Source: an uncultured Microbacteriaceae bacterium (GTDB taxonomy: Bacteria; Actinomycetota; Actinomycetes; Actinomycetales; Microbacteriaceae). From it: 64,000 nt of DNA. Positions 10,557-22,594 of this stretch are shown one piece after another. The notes under the pieces are model-generated. The model had not been told where the DNA came from. It worked only from the letters and a program-made list of their open reading frames with translations, and did no database searches. The translations under genes were made by a program, and so were the position numbers. Numbering within the stretch: the first letter of the stretch is position 1; each line of letters starts with the position of its first letter. The stretch spans positions 149,261 through 213,260 of the forward strand of contig CAYXSU010000001.1 of NCBI GenBank assembly GCA_964467805.1, read 5' to 3'.

Positions 10557-13500
10557 CAGAGGGCCCTCGCCGCCGCATACTCTTGCAGACTTGTGACGCT
10601 GGGTGTCTCTGGACGGTCCTCCAGCGAAGCAACAGCGGCACCTACCTGGGCAATGGTAGTGAACAATGCTTTGTCAGCGGCCACCGTCGCCGTCCTGATC
10701 TCGTACCCATCTGCGCGAGCACTGCGTCCGCGTGGGGTGTTGATAACAATGTCGACTTCGCCACCGGCAATCAGCTCGACAATGCTCGGGCCTTGGGCGG
10801 AGCCCTCAACATCCGTGTGTTTGCGGACAACCCGCGTTGCGATGCCATAGCGTGCGAGCGTCTCTGCGGTTCCCTCAGTGGCGATAATCGAGAAGCCCAG
10901 TTGGCTCAGTCGCAGAACCGGGAGGACAACGCTGCGCTTATCCTTATCCGCCACCGACACGAACACTGTTCCAGAGCGCGGCAAACCGCCGTAGGCGGCG
11001 TCCTGGCTCTTCGCGAAGGCCCGGGGGAACGTCTGGTCGATACCCATCACTTCACCTGTCGAGCGCATCTCCGGCCCAAGAATCGAATCAACTATCTCTC
11101 CGGAGGGAGTGCGGAACCGTTTGAAGGGCAACACTGCTTCCTTGACTGCGATGGGCGCATCCAGAGGAACAACGCGCCCATCCTTCTCGGGCAATTCACC
11201 GGAGGCAATGAGTTGATCAATGGAGGAGCCCGCCATAACCAGCGCTGCTGCGCGAGCAAGCTGAATGCCCAGCGCTTTGGAGACAAAGGGCACGGTGCGG
11301 CTCGCGCGAGGGTTTGCTTCCAGCACATAGAGGACACCGGCTGCCACAGCGAACTGGACGTTGATGAGCCCCCTCACACCAATGCCCTTCGCAAGCCTCT
11401 CAACTGCATCGCAGACCTCATCAACTACAGTGCGACCGAGGGTGACCGGTGGCAAAGTGCAAGCAGAATCGCCTGAGTGAATCCCGGCCTCTTCGATGTG
11501 TTCCATAACGCCGCCGATGTAGAGCCTCTTGCCGTCATAGATCGCGTCTACGTCAATTTCGACCGCGTCATCGAGGAACCTGTCGACCAGAAGCGGTGCG
11601 TCCTCACCCACGATGGCGAACTCCTTGATTCGGGAGAAGTAGTCCACCATGCTCTCCTGGTCGTAGACGATCTCCATACCTCGACCACCCAGCACGAAAC
11701 TCGGCCGCACCAGCACGGGGTAGCCAATGTCCATAGCGATTTTGGCTGCCCCTTCCAGCGTGGTAGCAGTGCCGTTCTTAGGGGCGATGAGGCCCGCTTC
11801 CTCAAGGATTCGGGCGAAAGAACCACGCTCTTCAGCCAAGTCGATAGCGTCAGGTGTTGTTCCGAGAATGGGTACCCCGGCGGCCTTCAGCCCCTGCGCA
11901 AGGCCGAGAGCGGTCTGACCACCCAGCTGGACGAGGACACCCAACAGTGTGCCGCGCGAAGATTCCTGGTAGATAACCTCGAGGACATCCTCAAGCGTTA
12001 GCGGTTCGAAATAGAGCCGGTCACTGGTGTCGTAGTCGGTCGACACGGTCTCAGGGTTGCAGTTGATCATGATGGTCTCGTAACCGGCATCCGCCAGCGC
12101 GAAAGCGGCGTGCACACAGGAGTAATCGAACTCAATGCCCTGGCCGATTCGGTTCGGGCCAGAACCCAGAATCACGATTTTCTGGCGATCGGACACAACG
12201 ACCTCTGACTCCAGGTCATAACTCGAATAGTGATACGGGGTGAGAGCGGGGAACTCCCCAGCACACGTGTCGACAGTCTTGAACACGGGCCTGATGCCCT
12301 CGGCGTGACGCAACGCTCGAACGTCGTGCTCCACCATGCCCCTGATTTGGGCTATCTGGGCGTCGCTGAGCCCATGCTCCTTTGCATAGAGCAGAACATC
12401 CGTGCTGAGCTCTGTCGCCTGCGCAACGTCCGCGGCTACCTCGTTGATCAGCGCAATCTGATCGAGAAACCACGGATCAATTCCGGTGGCGTCAAAGAGC
12501 TCATCAACGGTCGCACCCGCACGCAGAGCCTGCTGAACAGTGACGATTCGGCCGTCGGTGGGGACCTTTGCCTTCTCAATAAGCTGCTTCTTGCCAAGCT
12601 CCTGCTTGCCCCAGTGAAAAGAACTCCCCCGCTGTTCCAGGGAGCGAAGCGCCTTATTGAGGGCTTGAGAGAAGTTGCGTCCAAGCGCCATGGCTTCACC
12701 AACCGACTTCATTGTGGTCGTGAGCTGGCGATCTGCCAGCGGGAACTTCTCGAAGGCAAAGCGTGGGACCTTCACAACAACATAATCCAGTGTGGGCTCA
12801 AAAGACGCGGGTGTGACCCTGGTGATGTCGTTGGGAATCTCGTCGAGGCGATAGCCAAGCGCCAACTTCGCAGCAATCTTGGCGATTGGGAAGCCCGTCG
12901 CTTTCGAGGCCAGCGCCGAGCTTCTGGACACGCGAGGATTCATCTCGATCACGATGATTCGACCCGTGTCTGGATTCACGGCGAACTGAATATTGCACCC
13001 ACCTGTGTCAACGCCGACCAACCGAATCACGGTGATTCCGATATCGCGCAGACGCTGATACTCGCGGTCGGTAAGGGTGAGGGCAGGCGCGACCGTAATG
13101 GAATCGCCGGTGTGAACACCAACAGGATCCACATTCTCGATGGAACACACGACAACGGTGTTGTCCGCCGCGTCGCGCATCAACTCAAGCTCATACTCTT
13201 TCCACCCCAAAATGGACTCTTCCAACAGCACCTCGGACGTGGGACTTTGGTGGAGACCATCGGTCACCATCCGAATCAGCTCATCTCGGTTGTGGGCAAA
13301 GCCTGAACCCAAGCCGCCCATCGTGAATGACGGACGGATGACCAGCGGGTAACCAAGGTCTTCGGCGTACTCAACCGCTTCGTCGACGGTCGTTGCAATA
13401 AAGCTCCTCGCGACGTCCGCGCCGGCTTCAATCACGAGATCCTTGAAAATCTGGCGATCCTCACCGCGCTGAATAGCATCAAATGAAGCCCCAATCAGTT

Positions 13501-13840
13501 CCACGTCGTACTTCTCGAGGATGCCTTCGTTGTGCAGCGCCATAGCGGCATTGAGAGCCGTCTGACCACCCAGGGTGGGCAGAATCGCATCCGGCCGTTC
13601 CTTCTTGATGATGGCTTCCAGGACCTCGGTGGTGATGGGCTCGATGTAGGTCTGATCCGCAAACCCGGGGTCCGTCATGATGGTCGCAGGGTTTGAGTTG
13701 ACCAAGATCACCCGCACACCCTCTTCGCGAAGAACGCGACATGCCTGGGTACCGGAGTAGTCGAACTCTGCTGCCTGGCCGATGACAATCGGACCTGAGC
13801 CAATCACTAGGACGCTGGAGATGTCTGATCTCTTCGGCAT
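10556..13840 (-). CDS. carB: carbamoyl-phosphate synthase large subunit
   Basis: MPKR...[17 protein letters not shown]; two ATP-grasp halves; C-terminal MGS domain. Confidence 0.98.
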   Translation of the reverse strand: MPKRSDISSVLVIGSGPIVIGQAAEFDYSGTQACRVLREEGVRVILVNSNPATIMTDPGFADQTYIEPITTEVLEAIIKKERPDAILPTLGGQTALNAAMALHNEGILEKYDVELIGASFDAIQRGEDRQIFKDLVIEAGADVARSFIATTVDEAVEYAEDLGYPLVIRPSFTMGGLGSGFAHNRDELIRMVTDGLHQSPTSEVLLEESILGWKEYELELMRDAADNTVVVCSIENVDPVGVHTGDSITVAPALTLTDREYQRLRDIGITVIRLVGVDTGGCNIQFAVNPDTGRIIVIEMNPRVSRSSALASKATGFPIAKIAAKLALGYRLDEIPNDITRVTPASFEPTLDYVVVKVPRFAFEKFPLADRQLTTTMKSVGEAMALGRNFSQALNKALRSLEQRGSSFHWGKQELGKKQLIEKAKVPTDGRIVTVQQALRAGATVDELFDATGIDPWFLDQIALINEVAADVAQATELSTDVLLYAKEHGLSDAQIAQIRGMVEHDVRALRHAEGIRPVFKTVDTCAGEFPALTPYHYSSYDLESEVVVSDRQKIVILGSGPNRIGQGIEFDYSCVHAAFALADAGYETIMINCNPETVSTDYDTSDRLYFEPLTLEDVLEVIYQESSRGTLLGVLVQLGGQTALGLAQGLKAAGVPILGTTPDAIDLAEERGSFARILEEAGLIAPKNGTATTLEGAAKIAMDIGYPVLVRPSFVLGGRGMEIVYDQESMVDYFSRIKEFAIVGEDAPLLVDRFLDDAVEIDVDAIYDGKRLYIGGVMEHIEEAGIHSGDSACTLPPVTLGRTVVDEVCDAVERLAKGIGVRGLINVQFAVAAGVLYVLEANPRASRTVPFVSKALGIQLARAAALVMAGSSIDQLIASGELPEKDGRVVPLDAPIAVKEAVLPFKRFRTPSGEIVDSILGPEMRSTGEVMGIDQTFPRAFAKSQDAAYGGLPRSGTVFVSVADKDKRSVVLPVLRLSQLGFSIIATEGTAETLARYGIATRVVRKHTDVEGSAQGPSIVELIAGGEVDIVINTPRGRSARADGYEIRTATVAADKALFTTIAQVGAAVASLEDRPETPSVTSLQEYAAARAL

Positions 13841-14988
13841 TAGGCTGCACTTCCCCTCGAGGCCAGGTGAGCTTCAACCATGTCTTTGAAACGGTCGAAG
13901 AGATACGTACTGTCGTGCGGGCCGGCAGCGGCTTCAGGGTGGTATTGCACAGAAAAAGCGGGGATGTCGAGAGCCCGAATACCCTCAACAACTTGGTCGT
14001 TGAGGCTCAAGTGGCTCACCTCGACCCGACCGAAACCCGCGGGTGACTCAACCACACCCTCGCGGGGTGCATCGACGGCGAACCCGTGGTTCTGTGCCGT
14101 GATTTCAATGTGGCCGGTGGACTTGTCCACGACCGGCTGGTTAATGCCGCGATGCCCGTACTTCAGCTTGTATGTGGAAAATCCGAGAGCTCGACCGAGC
14201 AGTTGATTTCCAAAGCAAATGCCGAAGAACGGTAGCCCTTCTCGCAGGGCGCTCTGGAGCAGGCCAACCTGGGCGTCGCTCGCCGCTGGGTCGCCAGGAC
14301 CGTTTGAGTAGAAGAGCGCGACGGGGTTAATCGCCTGCACCTCCGCGATCGTGGAATCAGCAGGAAGCACGTGAACTCGGAATCCTCGTGCCGCCAGATG
14401 GTGCACTGTCGATTCCTTGATACCCAAGTCAATCACCGCGAGATTGCCCAGCGGAGTACCGATTGGCTCGACGATCCGTAATGCGCCGACACTCACCAGT
14501 GTTGAGAGATTCCGCCCTGCCATTGGCTCCTGTTCGACCACACGTGAGAGCTGTTCTTCTGGTGTGAGCGCATAGTGCTCACCGCTGAAGATTCCCCCAC
14601 GCATCACGCCCGCTTCACGAAGGACCAAGGTGACCGCGCGAGTATCGACACCAGAAATGCCTACAATCCGCTGTGCCTCCAGCTCCTCGTCGAGGCTTCG
14701 GATCGACCGGAAGTTCGAGGGTCTTCTGGCGGGGTCCCTCACCACAAAACCCTCAACCCAAATCTGTCGCGATTCTGGGTCTTCGTCATTGATGCCTGTG
14801 TTGCCGATGTGAGGGGCAGTCATGACGACGATCTGGCCCGCGTAACTGGGGTCTGTCAGGGTCTCCTGATAACCGGTCATTCCCGTCTGAAATACCACCT
14901 CACCCAGGGTCTCGCCCCTGGCGCCCCACGCTTTTCCCTCGTAGCGACGACCGTCTTCGAGCACGAGAACTGCACGACCTTGATTCAC
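13840..14988 (-). CDS. carA: carbamoyl-phosphate synthase small subunit
   Basis: [34 protein letters not shown]. Confidence 0.97.
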   Translation of the reverse strand: MNQGRAVLVLEDGRRYEGKAWGARGETLGEVVFQTGMTGYQETLTDPSYAGQIVVMTAPHIGNTGINDEDPESRQIWVEGFVVRDPARRPSNFRSIRSLDEELEAQRIVGISGVDTRAVTLVLREAGVMRGGIFSGEHYALTPEEQLSRVVEQEPMAGRNLSTLVSVGALRIVEPIGTPLGNLAVIDLGIKESTVHHLAARGFRVHVLPADSTIAEVQAINPVALFYSNGPGDPAASDAQVGLLQSALREGLPFFGICFGNQLLGRALGFSTYKLKYGHRGINQPVVDKSTGHIEITAQNHGFAVDAPREGVVESPAGFGRVEVSHLSLNDQVVEGIRALDIPAFSVQYHPEAAAGPHDSTYLFDRFKDMVEAHLASRGSAA

Positions 14989-15473
14989 TGGGTTCCTCTC
15001 CCGATACGCGCCAGGGCTTCGATAAAGGCGTCTGGATCACCATCGACGATGCGGAAGTAGCTATCAACATCCCGGCCCGCTAGCTTCCACCGCACCATCA
15101 CCAGGCCGTCGGCTTCGACCACGCGGTCAATGGTCCACGTCGCTCTTCCTGCCTGAAGTCCATCTGCCGGAAACAGCACAGCATCTTCGCCAGGGATTCG
15201 GACAACTAGCCCCTCCGGGTGAACGGCAAGTCGCGCTTTCGCCCGGTAACTGAGCGGCCCGGCCGCCACCCGCTCCAGCGGGTCGCCGGCTTCGGTGGTC
15301 GCGACATAGAGCGAGGTGATGAGAAATTCGGCAACACTTCCTGGGATCTCGCGGACGAGCGCGTGCGCTTCGCCTCGATACCGGACCACCCGCCGGCGCC
15401 AGCCCCACAGCGCGAGCCCTAGGCTAAGTGCCATCAGGGCTAGCATCATCAAACCCGCGAGTTCCTGCGTCAT
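14985..15473 (-). CDS. conserved membrane-anchored hypothetical protein of actinobacterial pyr operons (Rv1382-like)
   Basis: N-terminal TM helix followed by WGWRRR; LYVATT...ERV motif; lies between pyrC and carA with 4-nt overlaps. Confidence 0.8.
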   Translation of the reverse strand: MTQELAGLMMLALMALSLGLALWGWRRRVVRYRGEAHALVREIPGSVAEFLITSLYVATTEAGDPLERVAAGPLSYRAKARLAVHPEGLVVRIPGEDAVLFPADGLQAGRATWTIDRVVEADGLVMVRWKLAGRDVDSYFRIVDGDPDAFIEALARIGRGTQ

Positions 15474-16780
15474 GGATTGCCTCCCGCGCTCACCACGTCA
15501 GCCTCGACCAGCTCGCCTGCCATAACCGTGGCCACCCCGTGGTGGAATGTAAACATAACGCGACCGGGCAGAGCGTTCTCTGGGTAGGGATTGTTTGAAC
15601 TCAGGCTTCCGCGAGGGCGTGGGGCAAGCGCCGATGCGTCCACCAAGGTGAGATGGGCCTCTGCGCCAATAGTCAGAGGAGCGTCGTAACCGCCGAGCGA
15701 TCCGATAGCCGCCGGCGTTTTCGAGAGAACACGAGCGACATCGGACCAACCGATGAGGCCAGGCTTGACCAGAGTCTCGATGACCACCGGCAGGGCCATC
15801 TCGAGCCCCAGCATGCCAAACGCTGCCTCGCCAAACGCGCACTCCTTCGCTTCGCTGGGGTGGGGAGCATGGTCTGTCGCCACGATGTCAATGACGCCCT
15901 CAGCGAGAGCTTCTCGTAGCGCGATGGTGTCCTCCGCGCTACGCAGTGGCGGGTTCACCTTAAAGAGTGGGTCAAACCCTGCGACGTAGTCCTCGGTGAG
16001 AAGAAGGTGGTGCGGAGTTACCTCTGCTGTGACAGCAATTCCACGCTTCTTGGCCCATCTGATGACGTCCACAGAACCCGCGGTGGAGAGGTGGCAGACG
16101 TGCAATCTTGCACCGACATACTCGGCCAAGAGGACATCCCGGGCGATAATGCTCTCTTCGGCCACCGCGGGCCAGCCTGTCAGGCCGAGTCTGGACGACA
16201 GCGCGCCTTCGTTCATCTGCGCATCGATCGTGAGTCGTGGATCTTGAGCATGCTGCGCAACCACTGCCCCCAACATCTTCGACTGTTCGAGAGCTCGTCT
16301 CATGACCAAAGAGTCGTGCACGCACCTTCCATCGTCAGAGAACACGCGCACAGCTCCAGTGCCGGCGGCCATGGCTGCCATGGCGGAGAGCTCCTCCCCC
16401 GCGAGGCCTTTAGTAATTGCACCCACAGGGCGAACGGTCACGTACCCTGCTTCTCTCCCCATTCGTGCAACCGCGTCGGTTATGCCCGCTGTGTCGGCGA
16501 CGGGATCCGTGTTCGCCATCGCATGAACAGCGGTGAACCCGCCTAGCGCAGCCGACTGGGATCCAGACAGAATTGTCTCTGCTTGTTCAAGCCCCGGCTG
16601 GCGCAGATGGGTGTGGAGGTCAACAAGCCCCGGGAGCGCGACCAGCCCGCTCGCGTCGATAACGACTGTGCTCTTTTTCCCTGCGACATCTTTCGGGTCT
16701 ACGAAAGTTCCATCGTGGATGGCCAAATCCCCGCGGCGCCCGCTAGGGAGTTCTGCGCCGGTAATCATGTAGCTGGTCAT
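15470..16780 (-). CDS. pyrC: dihydroorotase
   Basis: [37 protein letters not shown]. Confidence 0.96.
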   Translation of the reverse strand: MTSYMITGAELPSGRRGDLAIHDGTFVDPKDVAGKKSTVVIDASGLVALPGLVDLHTHLRQPGLEQAETILSGSQSAALGGFTAVHAMANTDPVADTAGITDAVARMGREAGYVTVRPVGAITKGLAGEELSAMAAMAAGTGAVRVFSDDGRCVHDSLVMRRALEQSKMLGAVVAQHAQDPRLTIDAQMNEGALSSRLGLTGWPAVAEESIIARDVLLAEYVGARLHVCHLSTAGSVDVIRWAKKRGIAVTAEVTPHHLLLTEDYVAGFDPLFKVNPPLRSAEDTIALREALAEGVIDIVATDHAPHPSEAKECAFGEAAFGMLGLEMALPVVIETLVKPGLIGWSDVARVLSKTPAAIGSLGGYDAPLTIGAEAHLTLVDASALAPRPRGSLSSNNPYPENALPGRVMFTFHHGVATVMAGELVEADVVSAGGNP

Positions 16781-17715
16781 GCCCCACCCGCCCGAAGTTC
16801 GTAGAGCGCGGCCATTCGCACCGACACTCCGTTTCGTACCTGGTCAAGAATCACGGAGCGCGGTGAGTCAGCAACCGACGAGGCAATCTCGACACCCCTG
16901 TTCATGGGACCCGGGTGCATGACAATGCTTGTCGGTGGCAACCGATTCGCCCGCCCAGTAGTTAGTGAGTAGTTGCGCACGTAGTCCTTGTGGCTAATCA
17001 GGGAGCCATCTCCCATTCTCTCGCGCTGGACGCGCAGCATCATGACGGCATCGGGACCGCCGTCGATGGCGTCATCGAGGTCATGAGTGTGCGCGACGGG
17101 CCAGCCCTCAACCCCCTGGGGCATCAGGGCTGGCGGCGCGACGAGCGTCACAGACGCACCCAGGGTCGTCAAGAGAAAGACGTTGGAGCGCGCCACACGA
17201 GAGTGAATGATGTCTCCCACAATGACGACCGACAGCCCGGTGAGCAAGGCCCCCCTGGGGTCCTGGTTGAATCGCTGGCGCAAGGTCATGGCATCGAGTA
17301 GAGCTTGGGTGGGGTGTTCGTGAGCGCCATCCCCGGCGTTAATGATGCTGGAGTCGACCCAGCCTGAGTGGGCGAGAGTCGTGGCGGCACCCGCCGCGGG
17401 GTGGCGGATAACAATAATGTCGGCCCCCATGGCCTCGAGCGTTTGAGCAGTATCTTTCAGGCTCTCGCCTTTAGAGACGCTTGAGCCCTGAACCTGAAAG
17501 GTCATGATGTCCGCGGAAAGCCGCTGGGCAGCGGCCTCAAAGGAGAGGCGGGTTCTGGTGGAGTCCTCAAAGAACAGGTTCACCATGGTCACGCCACGCA
17601 GAGTCGGGAGTTTGGGGACCTGCCGGTTCGCAACCGCCTGGAACTCCTCCGCGGTGTCGAGCAGGGTCAGCGCCTGATCAGCGTTGAGGTCCTGTGTGGA
17701 GAGCAAGTGCTTCAT
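16777..17715 (-). CDS. pyrB: aspartate carbamoyltransferase catalytic subunit
   Basis: [29 protein letters not shown]. Confidence 0.97.
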   Translation of the reverse strand: MKHLLSTQDLNADQALTLLDTAEEFQAVANRQVPKLPTLRGVTMVNLFFEDSTRTRLSFEAAAQRLSADIMTFQVQGSSVSKGESLKDTAQTLEAMGADIIVIRHPAAGAATTLAHSGWVDSSIINAGDGAHEHPTQALLDAMTLRQRFNQDPRGALLTGLSVVIVGDIIHSRVARSNVFLLTTLGASVTLVAPPALMPQGVEGWPVAHTHDLDDAIDGGPDAVMMLRVQRERMGDGSLISHKDYVRNYSLTTGRANRLPPTSIVMHPGPMNRGVEIASSVADSPRSVILDQVRNGVSVRMAALYELRAGGA

Positions 17716-18242
17716 TCGACCACCTGCACTTCTTCCGAACCGTCTATTTCACGCAGTTTCACCGTGATTCGCTCCCCGTGATGGGTTGGCAAGTTCTTCC
17801 CGACATGATCCGCGCGTATCGGAAGCTCCCTATGGCCACGATCGACGAGAACAGCAAGGCGGACAAGTCGCGGGCGACCGATGGCGGTCAGTGCGTCGAG
17901 AGCAGCCCGAACGGTCCGCCCGCTGTAGAGCACATCATCGACTAGCACTACGACCCGGTCGTCAATTCCTGCGCCTGGCACCTCAGTCGGAGCCGGGGTA
18001 CGGTGTCCGCCGGTCGAGAGATCATCTCGATACATCGTTACGTCTAGAGACCCAGCGGGGATTTGAATTCCTGCAATCTCAGTGATGTGAGCGGCAAGTC
18101 GCTGAGCTAGAACCACGCCTCTTGTGGGAATACCGAGGAGCACTAGTTGGGAGGTTTCAGGGGTGGCTTCGATGATTTCGTGAGCAATACGCCGCAGAGT
18201 TCGGTCTATATCTGACTCCGAGAGAACTGCACGCGCAGTCAT
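17712..18242 (-). CDS. pyrR: pyrimidine operon regulator / uracil phosphoribosyltransferase
   Basis: [36 protein letters not shown]. Confidence 0.96.
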   Translation of the reverse strand: MTARAVLSESDIDRTLRRIAHEIIEATPETSQLVLLGIPTRGVVLAQRLAAHITEIAGIQIPAGSLDVTMYRDDLSTGGHRTPAPTEVPGAGIDDRVVVLVDDVLYSGRTVRAALDALTAIGRPRLVRLAVLVDRGHRELPIRADHVGKNLPTHHGERITVKLREIDGSEEVQVVE

Positions 18243-18247
18243 CGAGC

Positions 18248-18282
18248 CCTCCTTCCGCGCCTCACGGGACGCCGGTTAAAGC
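18248..18282 (-). promoter_or_regulatory. PyrR-binding RNA element overlapping the pyrR Shine-Dalgarno sequence
   Basis: Minus strand reads CTTTAACCGGC-GTCCCGTGAGGC-GCGGAAGGAGG, matching the UUUAA...GUCCNGNGAGG...AAGG PyrR operator. A TACAGT -10-like hexamer lies just upstream. Confidence 0.85.
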
Positions 18283-18324
18283 AGGTCGTACGGCCCCACT
18301 GTAGCGCACTAGGCGCATGACACG

Positions 18325-18744
18325 CTAGGAGGGCTGGTGTGTCTCGGCTATAGCGGCGAGAATTCCGTGAACGAAGCCCCCAGATGCCTCAGTACTGAGC
18401 TCCCCCGCCATCGCTACGGCCTCAGAGATTGCAACGGCTGAGGGCACTTCAGGGTTGCGCAAGATTTCCCAGACGGCGATTCTCAACAGTGCACGATCAA
18501 CGCTTGGCATGCGATCGAGCGGCCACGTGGTACTAGTTCCAGAAAGCAGGGCATCAATCTCTTCGCGGTGGTTGATGACGCCAGAGACAATCTCCCTGGC
18601 GTAATCCCAGCTCGAGGCGCGTTGCGGGTCGCTCGTTGCCTGCACTGTGGCTTGGGCGAGCGCGTCCGCTAAGTCACGATCTGCAACGTCAGCGCTAAAG
18701 AGAATGTCGAGTGCCCTGCGTCGCGCTTTGCGCCTGGCGCTCAC
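18325..18744 (-). CDS. nusB: transcription antitermination factor NusB
   Basis: [33 protein letters not shown]. Confidence 0.95.
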   Translation of the reverse strand: MSARRKARRRALDILFSADVADRDLADALAQATVQATSDPQRASSWDYAREIVSGVINHREEIDALLSGTSTTWPLDRMPSVDRALLRIAVWEILRNPEVPSAVAISEAVAMAGELSTEASGGFVHGILAAIAETHQPS

Positions 18745-19307
18745 TCGTCGGCCACGCGCCCAAGGTATTCACCGGTTCTGGTGTCCACCTTCACCGTGGT
18801 CCCCTGCTCAACGAAGAGGGGAACTTGAATCTCAAAACCGGTCTCCAGCGTTGCTGGTTTAGTGCCCCCAGTCGACCGGTCGCCCTGGAGTCCTGGCTCG
18901 CTGTAGGTGATGGTGAGTGTCACAGAAGCAGGCAGGTCCACGTAGAGCGCTTCGCCCTCGTGCATCGCAATCGTTGCCGCCTGGTTTGAGAGCAAGAAAT
19001 TCGCCGCGTCACCGACAACGCTCCGGGGGACATTCACCTGTTCATAACTAGCCTGGTCCATGAACACGAAGTCGCTGCCATCCTCGTAGAGGAATGTGTA
19101 GTCGCGCCGATCGACCGTGGCGAAATCGATCTTGGTCCCCGCATTAAAGGTTTTGTCGACAACCTTTCCGGAACGGACATTCTTGAGCTTTGTGCGAACG
19201 AAGGCGCCACCTTTGCCGGGCTTGACGTGCTGAAACTCCACCACCGCCCAGAGCTGACCGTCCAGATTGAGTACGCTGCCGTTCTTAATATCGTTCGTTG
19301 TGGCCAT
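18741..19307 (-). CDS. efp: elongation factor P
   Basis: [33 protein letters not shown]. Confidence 0.97.
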   Translation of the reverse strand: MATTNDIKNGSVLNLDGQLWAVVEFQHVKPGKGGAFVRTKLKNVRSGKVVDKTFNAGTKIDFATVDRRDYTFLYEDGSDFVFMDQASYEQVNVPRSVVGDAANFLLSNQAATIAMHEGEALYVDLPASVTLTITYSEPGLQGDRSTGGTKPATLETGFEIQVPLFVEQGTTVKVDTRTGEYLGRVADE

Positions 19308-19311
19308 GGGG

Positions 19312-19755
19312 CTACCTTCCTAGGAGAGTCATCATCTGGGTCAATGCCAGGCGGTAGGAATCCGCACCAAAGCCAAGAATGACGCCGCTTGCGACACCGG
19401 ACACAACGGACCGATGGCGGAACTCCTCGCGGGCGTGCGGGTTGGAAAGATGGACTTCAATCAGGGGTAGGCCCGCACTGGTGACCATCGCGCACGCATC
19501 GCGAATGGCGTAGGAGTAGTGGGTGAACGCTGCCGGATTGATGATTACCCCCACGCGGCTATCCACCGCTTCGTGCAGCAACCCAATGAGAGTCGCCTCG
19601 TCATCGGTCTGCTCGAAGCGCAACGTGACATCTGCTGGGGCCTCAGAACGGAGCATCGACTCGATATCGGCAAGGCTCAATGAACCATAGATTTCTGGCT
19701 CGCGGGACCCCAAACGGCCCAGATTGGGACCATTGAGAATGAGAACGCTGTTCAC
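19312..19755 (-). CDS. aroQ: type II 3-dehydroquinate dehydratase
   Basis: [34 protein letters not shown]. Confidence 0.96.
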   Translation of the reverse strand: MNSVLILNGPNLGRLGSREPEIYGSLSLADIESMLRSEAPADVTLRFEQTDDEATLIGLLHEAVDSRVGVIINPAAFTHYSYAIRDACAMVTSAGLPLIEVHLSNPHAREEFRHRSVVSGVASGVILGFGADSYRLALTQMMTLLGR

Positions 19756-19764
19756 AGAACCAGC

Positions 19765-20859
19765 CTACTGTGCGGACTGGCCCAGCTCGGCATATGCCGC
19801 AAACAGCACCGATTCGTCGGGAATTGCCAGAACGCGAGGCTTGCCCACAGCGTCGAGGACAACGAACCTGAGCACGCCTCCGCGGGCTTTCTTGTCTTTT
19901 TGCATAGTCGCCAGCAGCGTCCGCCAACGGTCGGCCGGATAGGTGATGGGCAAGCCGAGGGACTGGAGAATTGAGCGGTGGCGGTCAACAGTTTCGTCAT
20001 CAAGACCTGCGACGATCCGGGAAAGCTCGGCCGCGAAGACCATTCCAATCGATACCGCTACCCCATGGCGCCACTGGTAGCGCTCAGCGTGTTCGATGGC
20101 GTGACCCAGGGTGTGGCCGTAATTGAGAATTTCGCGCAGGCCCTGTTCAGTAAAGTCATCCCCGACGACTCGCGCCTTGACAGCAATCGCGCGAGCCAGA
20201 AGCTCTTCAAATGTGTCGCTCTCGGTGTCAATCGCGACCGCAGGATTCTCTTCTATCAGCTCAAGAATCCGTGGGTCAGCGATAAACCCTGCCTTCACGA
20301 TTTCCGCAAAGCCAGCCTTCACATCGTTTTCACCGAGCCCAGCAAGTACATCCGGATCCACCAACACCGCGTTTGGCGCGTAGAACGCTCCAACAAGGTT
20401 CTTACCCTCCTGGGTGTTGACTCCGGTTTTCCCACCGATCGCAGCATCCACCATTCCCAGAACTGTTGTGGGGATATGGACCAGCGGAACCCCGCGCAAC
20501 CACGTGGCTGCGACAAACCCGGCAACGTCGGTGGTCGCACCCCCACCCAGGGAGACGATCGCATCGTTGCGGTGAAAATCGAGCTGTCCCAGGATGCCCC
20601 AGCAGAAGGACGCAACCTCGATGCGCTTCGCTCCCTCTGCGTCTGGAAGCTCTGCAAGAAACACCTGCTTGCTCTCGGAGAGCTGTTCGCGGAGCGCCTC
20701 CGCGATAGTGGCGAGTGCTGGCGCGTGAACAATCAGTATCTTGCTTGCGTCACCGGGTAAGAACGAGCCGACGTCGTGGATCACACCGCGCCGCACGACG
20801 ATGGGATAGTCGCCCTGCTGAGAATTAGACACGGTGATGGTGTCAGAAACCTCCGCCAT
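19765..20859 (-). CDS. aroB: 3-dehydroquinate synthase
   Basis: GGGATTD, PTTVLGMVDAAIGGKTG, LNYGHTLGHAIE, HGVAV. Confidence 0.96.
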   Translation of the reverse strand: MAEVSDTITVSNSQQGDYPIVVRRGVIHDVGSFLPGDASKILIVHAPALATIAEALREQLSESKQVFLAELPDAEGAKRIEVASFCWGILGQLDFHRNDAIVSLGGGATTDVAGFVAATWLRGVPLVHIPTTVLGMVDAAIGGKTGVNTQEGKNLVGAFYAPNAVLVDPDVLAGLGENDVKAGFAEIVKAGFIADPRILELIEENPAVAIDTESDTFEELLARAIAVKARVVGDDFTEQGLREILNYGHTLGHAIEHAERYQWRHGVAVSIGMVFAAELSRIVAGLDDETVDRHRSILQSLGLPITYPADRWRTLLATMQKDKKARGGVLRFVVLDAVGKPRVLAIPDESVLFAAYAELGQSAQ

Positions 20860-21368
20860 TAGGCGTCCTCACTCTTGATCCACTCGACGATGTTCTCAGC
20901 AACAGTATCGAGTGGCGTGCTCGAGGTGTCGAAGGTTGCTTTGGCAACTTCCTCATACCAGGCCACCCGCGATGCTACGAGCGCCATCCAGCTCTCTAGT
21001 CCTCCTGTCAGTAGAGGGCGTTTTGTCGAGTTCAGGCGAGGCTCGACGGCTTCCGGAGCGATCGAAATCAGCGCAACGCGATGGTCGCGTAGATCTGTTC
21101 TGGTCTCTGGATTGATGACAGCACCACCGCCTAGAGCAACAACGCCCGAGAATGTCAGTGCCTCCAGAACTGCCGCACGCTCTTTCTCCCGAAAGGAAGG
21201 CTCTCCCTCCACCGCAAACAGCGCGGGGATCGGACCATACCGACTAGAGACCATGGAGTCGGTGTCCAAAAAGCCAAGGCCCAGGAGCTTCGCCACTCTT
21301 TTGCCTAGTCGTGTTTTCCCGGCAGCTGGCGGCCCCACCAACACCACGACGGGTGCCACCCCGGCCAT
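20859..21368 (-). CDS. aroK: shikimate kinase
   Basis: GPPAAGKT, DTD, GEPSFRE, LGGGAV, RPLL. Confidence 0.94.
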   Translation of the reverse strand: MAGVAPVVVLVGPPAAGKTRLGKRVAKLLGLGFLDTDSMVSSRYGPIPALFAVEGEPSFREKERAAVLEALTFSGVVALGGGAVINPETRTDLRDHRVALISIAPEAVEPRLNSTKRPLLTGGLESWMALVASRVAWYEEVAKATFDTSSTPLDTVAENIVEWIKSEDA

Positions 21369-22564
21369 TAGCGCTTTCGGGCCGGGGCAATCGCCTCGGG
21401 AATCGAATCGAGGTAGCTCTGGAGGTTGCGCTTGATTTCTACGAGCGAGTCACCGCCGAATTTCTCCACCAGCGCGTCTGCAAGAACAAGCATCACCATT
21501 GCCTCAGCAACTACGCCAGCAGCTGGCACCGCACAGACGTCTGAGCGTTGGTGATGCGCCACCGCTTCCTGGCCCGTAGTGGTGTCAATTGTCCGAAGCG
21601 CTCGTGGCACGGTGGAGATTGGCTTCATGCCCGCTCGAACACGCAACACACCGCCAGTACTCATACCGCCCTCCGTGCCACCCGCACGATCGCTCGTGCG
21701 AATGACGCCTTCGTCGCTGGCGACAATTTCGTCATGTGCGAGGGATCCGCGTCGCTTGGTCGTGAGAAACCCGTCCCCGACCTCAACGCCCTTGATGGCC
21801 TGAATACCCATGAGCGCGCCAGCTAGTTTGGCGTCGAGACGGCGGTCCCAGTGCACATACGAACCGAGCCCCGGCGGTAATCCATAAGCGACAACTTCTA
21901 CAACACCGCCCAGCGTGTCGCCTTCTTTGTGCGCATCGTCAACCTCTGCGACCATCAACGCGGCAGTTTCCGGATCGGCACAGCGCAGAGGGTCGTCATC
22001 CAGCCGTGACACGTCTGCCGGCGTTGGCAGTGCAGTGCCCTCGGGTACAGCCACCGGTCCAATTGCGACGGTGTGTGAGAGCACTTCGATGCCAAGCTCG
22101 CGAAGAAAAGCCCTGGCGACCGCTCCGAGCGCTACCCTGGCTGCCGTCTCACGTGCAGACGCGCGCTCCAGAACAGGACGTGAATCATCAAAGCCATACT
22201 TCTGCATACCCGTGAGGTCAGCGTGGCCGGGACGAGGACGGGTGAGCGCCGTGGCACGGCCACCAGTAAGTTCCTCAGGCGAAACGGGGTGAGGGCTCAT
22301 GATTGTTTCCCACTTGGGCCATTCCGTATTCGCAATGCGCAACGCGATGGGGCCACCCTGGCTAAGCCCGTGCCGAATGCCGCCTGAGAGCGAAACCTCG
22401 TCGGCCTCAAACTTCATACGGGCACCACGTCCGTAGCCGAGGCGCCGCCTCGCAAGATCCTCCTGCACCATGTCGAGTGTGACCGGCACACCAGCGGGAA
22501 AGCCCTCGAGAAGAGCAATCAGTTCGGGGCCGTGAGATTCCCCTGCAGTGAGCCAACGCAACAT
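21368..22564 (-). CDS. aroC: chorismate synthase
   Basis: [39 protein letters not shown]. Confidence 0.97.
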   Translation of the reverse strand: MLRWLTAGESHGPELIALLEGFPAGVPVTLDMVQEDLARRRLGYGRGARMKFEADEVSLSGGIRHGLSQGGPIALRIANTEWPKWETIMSPHPVSPEELTGGRATALTRPRPGHADLTGMQKYGFDDSRPVLERASARETAARVALGAVARAFLRELGIEVLSHTVAIGPVAVPEGTALPTPADVSRLDDDPLRCADPETAALMVAEVDDAHKEGDTLGGVVEVVAYGLPPGLGSYVHWDRRLDAKLAGALMGIQAIKGVEVGDGFLTTKRRGSLAHDEIVASDEGVIRTSDRAGGTEGGMSTGGVLRVRAGMKPISTVPRALRTIDTTTGQEAVAHHQRSDVCAVPAAGVVAEAMVMLVLADALVEKFGGDSLVEIKRNLQSYLDSIPEAIAPARKR

Positions 22565-22594
22565 GGACTTATTCTTCCATGCCAAGCGCGAGAC

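Noticed and set aside
10583-13306. Long plus-strand ORFs antisense to carB (297, 174, 358 aa); similar ones opposite alaS, relA and dxs
   Set aside because: Shadow ORFs expected from codon bias in GC-rich genes; no recognisable motifs, and fully overlapped by well-supported genes
19752-20048. 98-aa alternate-frame ORF inside the aroB 3' end, ending at the aroQ start
   Set aside because: No motif or RBS; aroB is complete in its own frame, so no frameshift is needed
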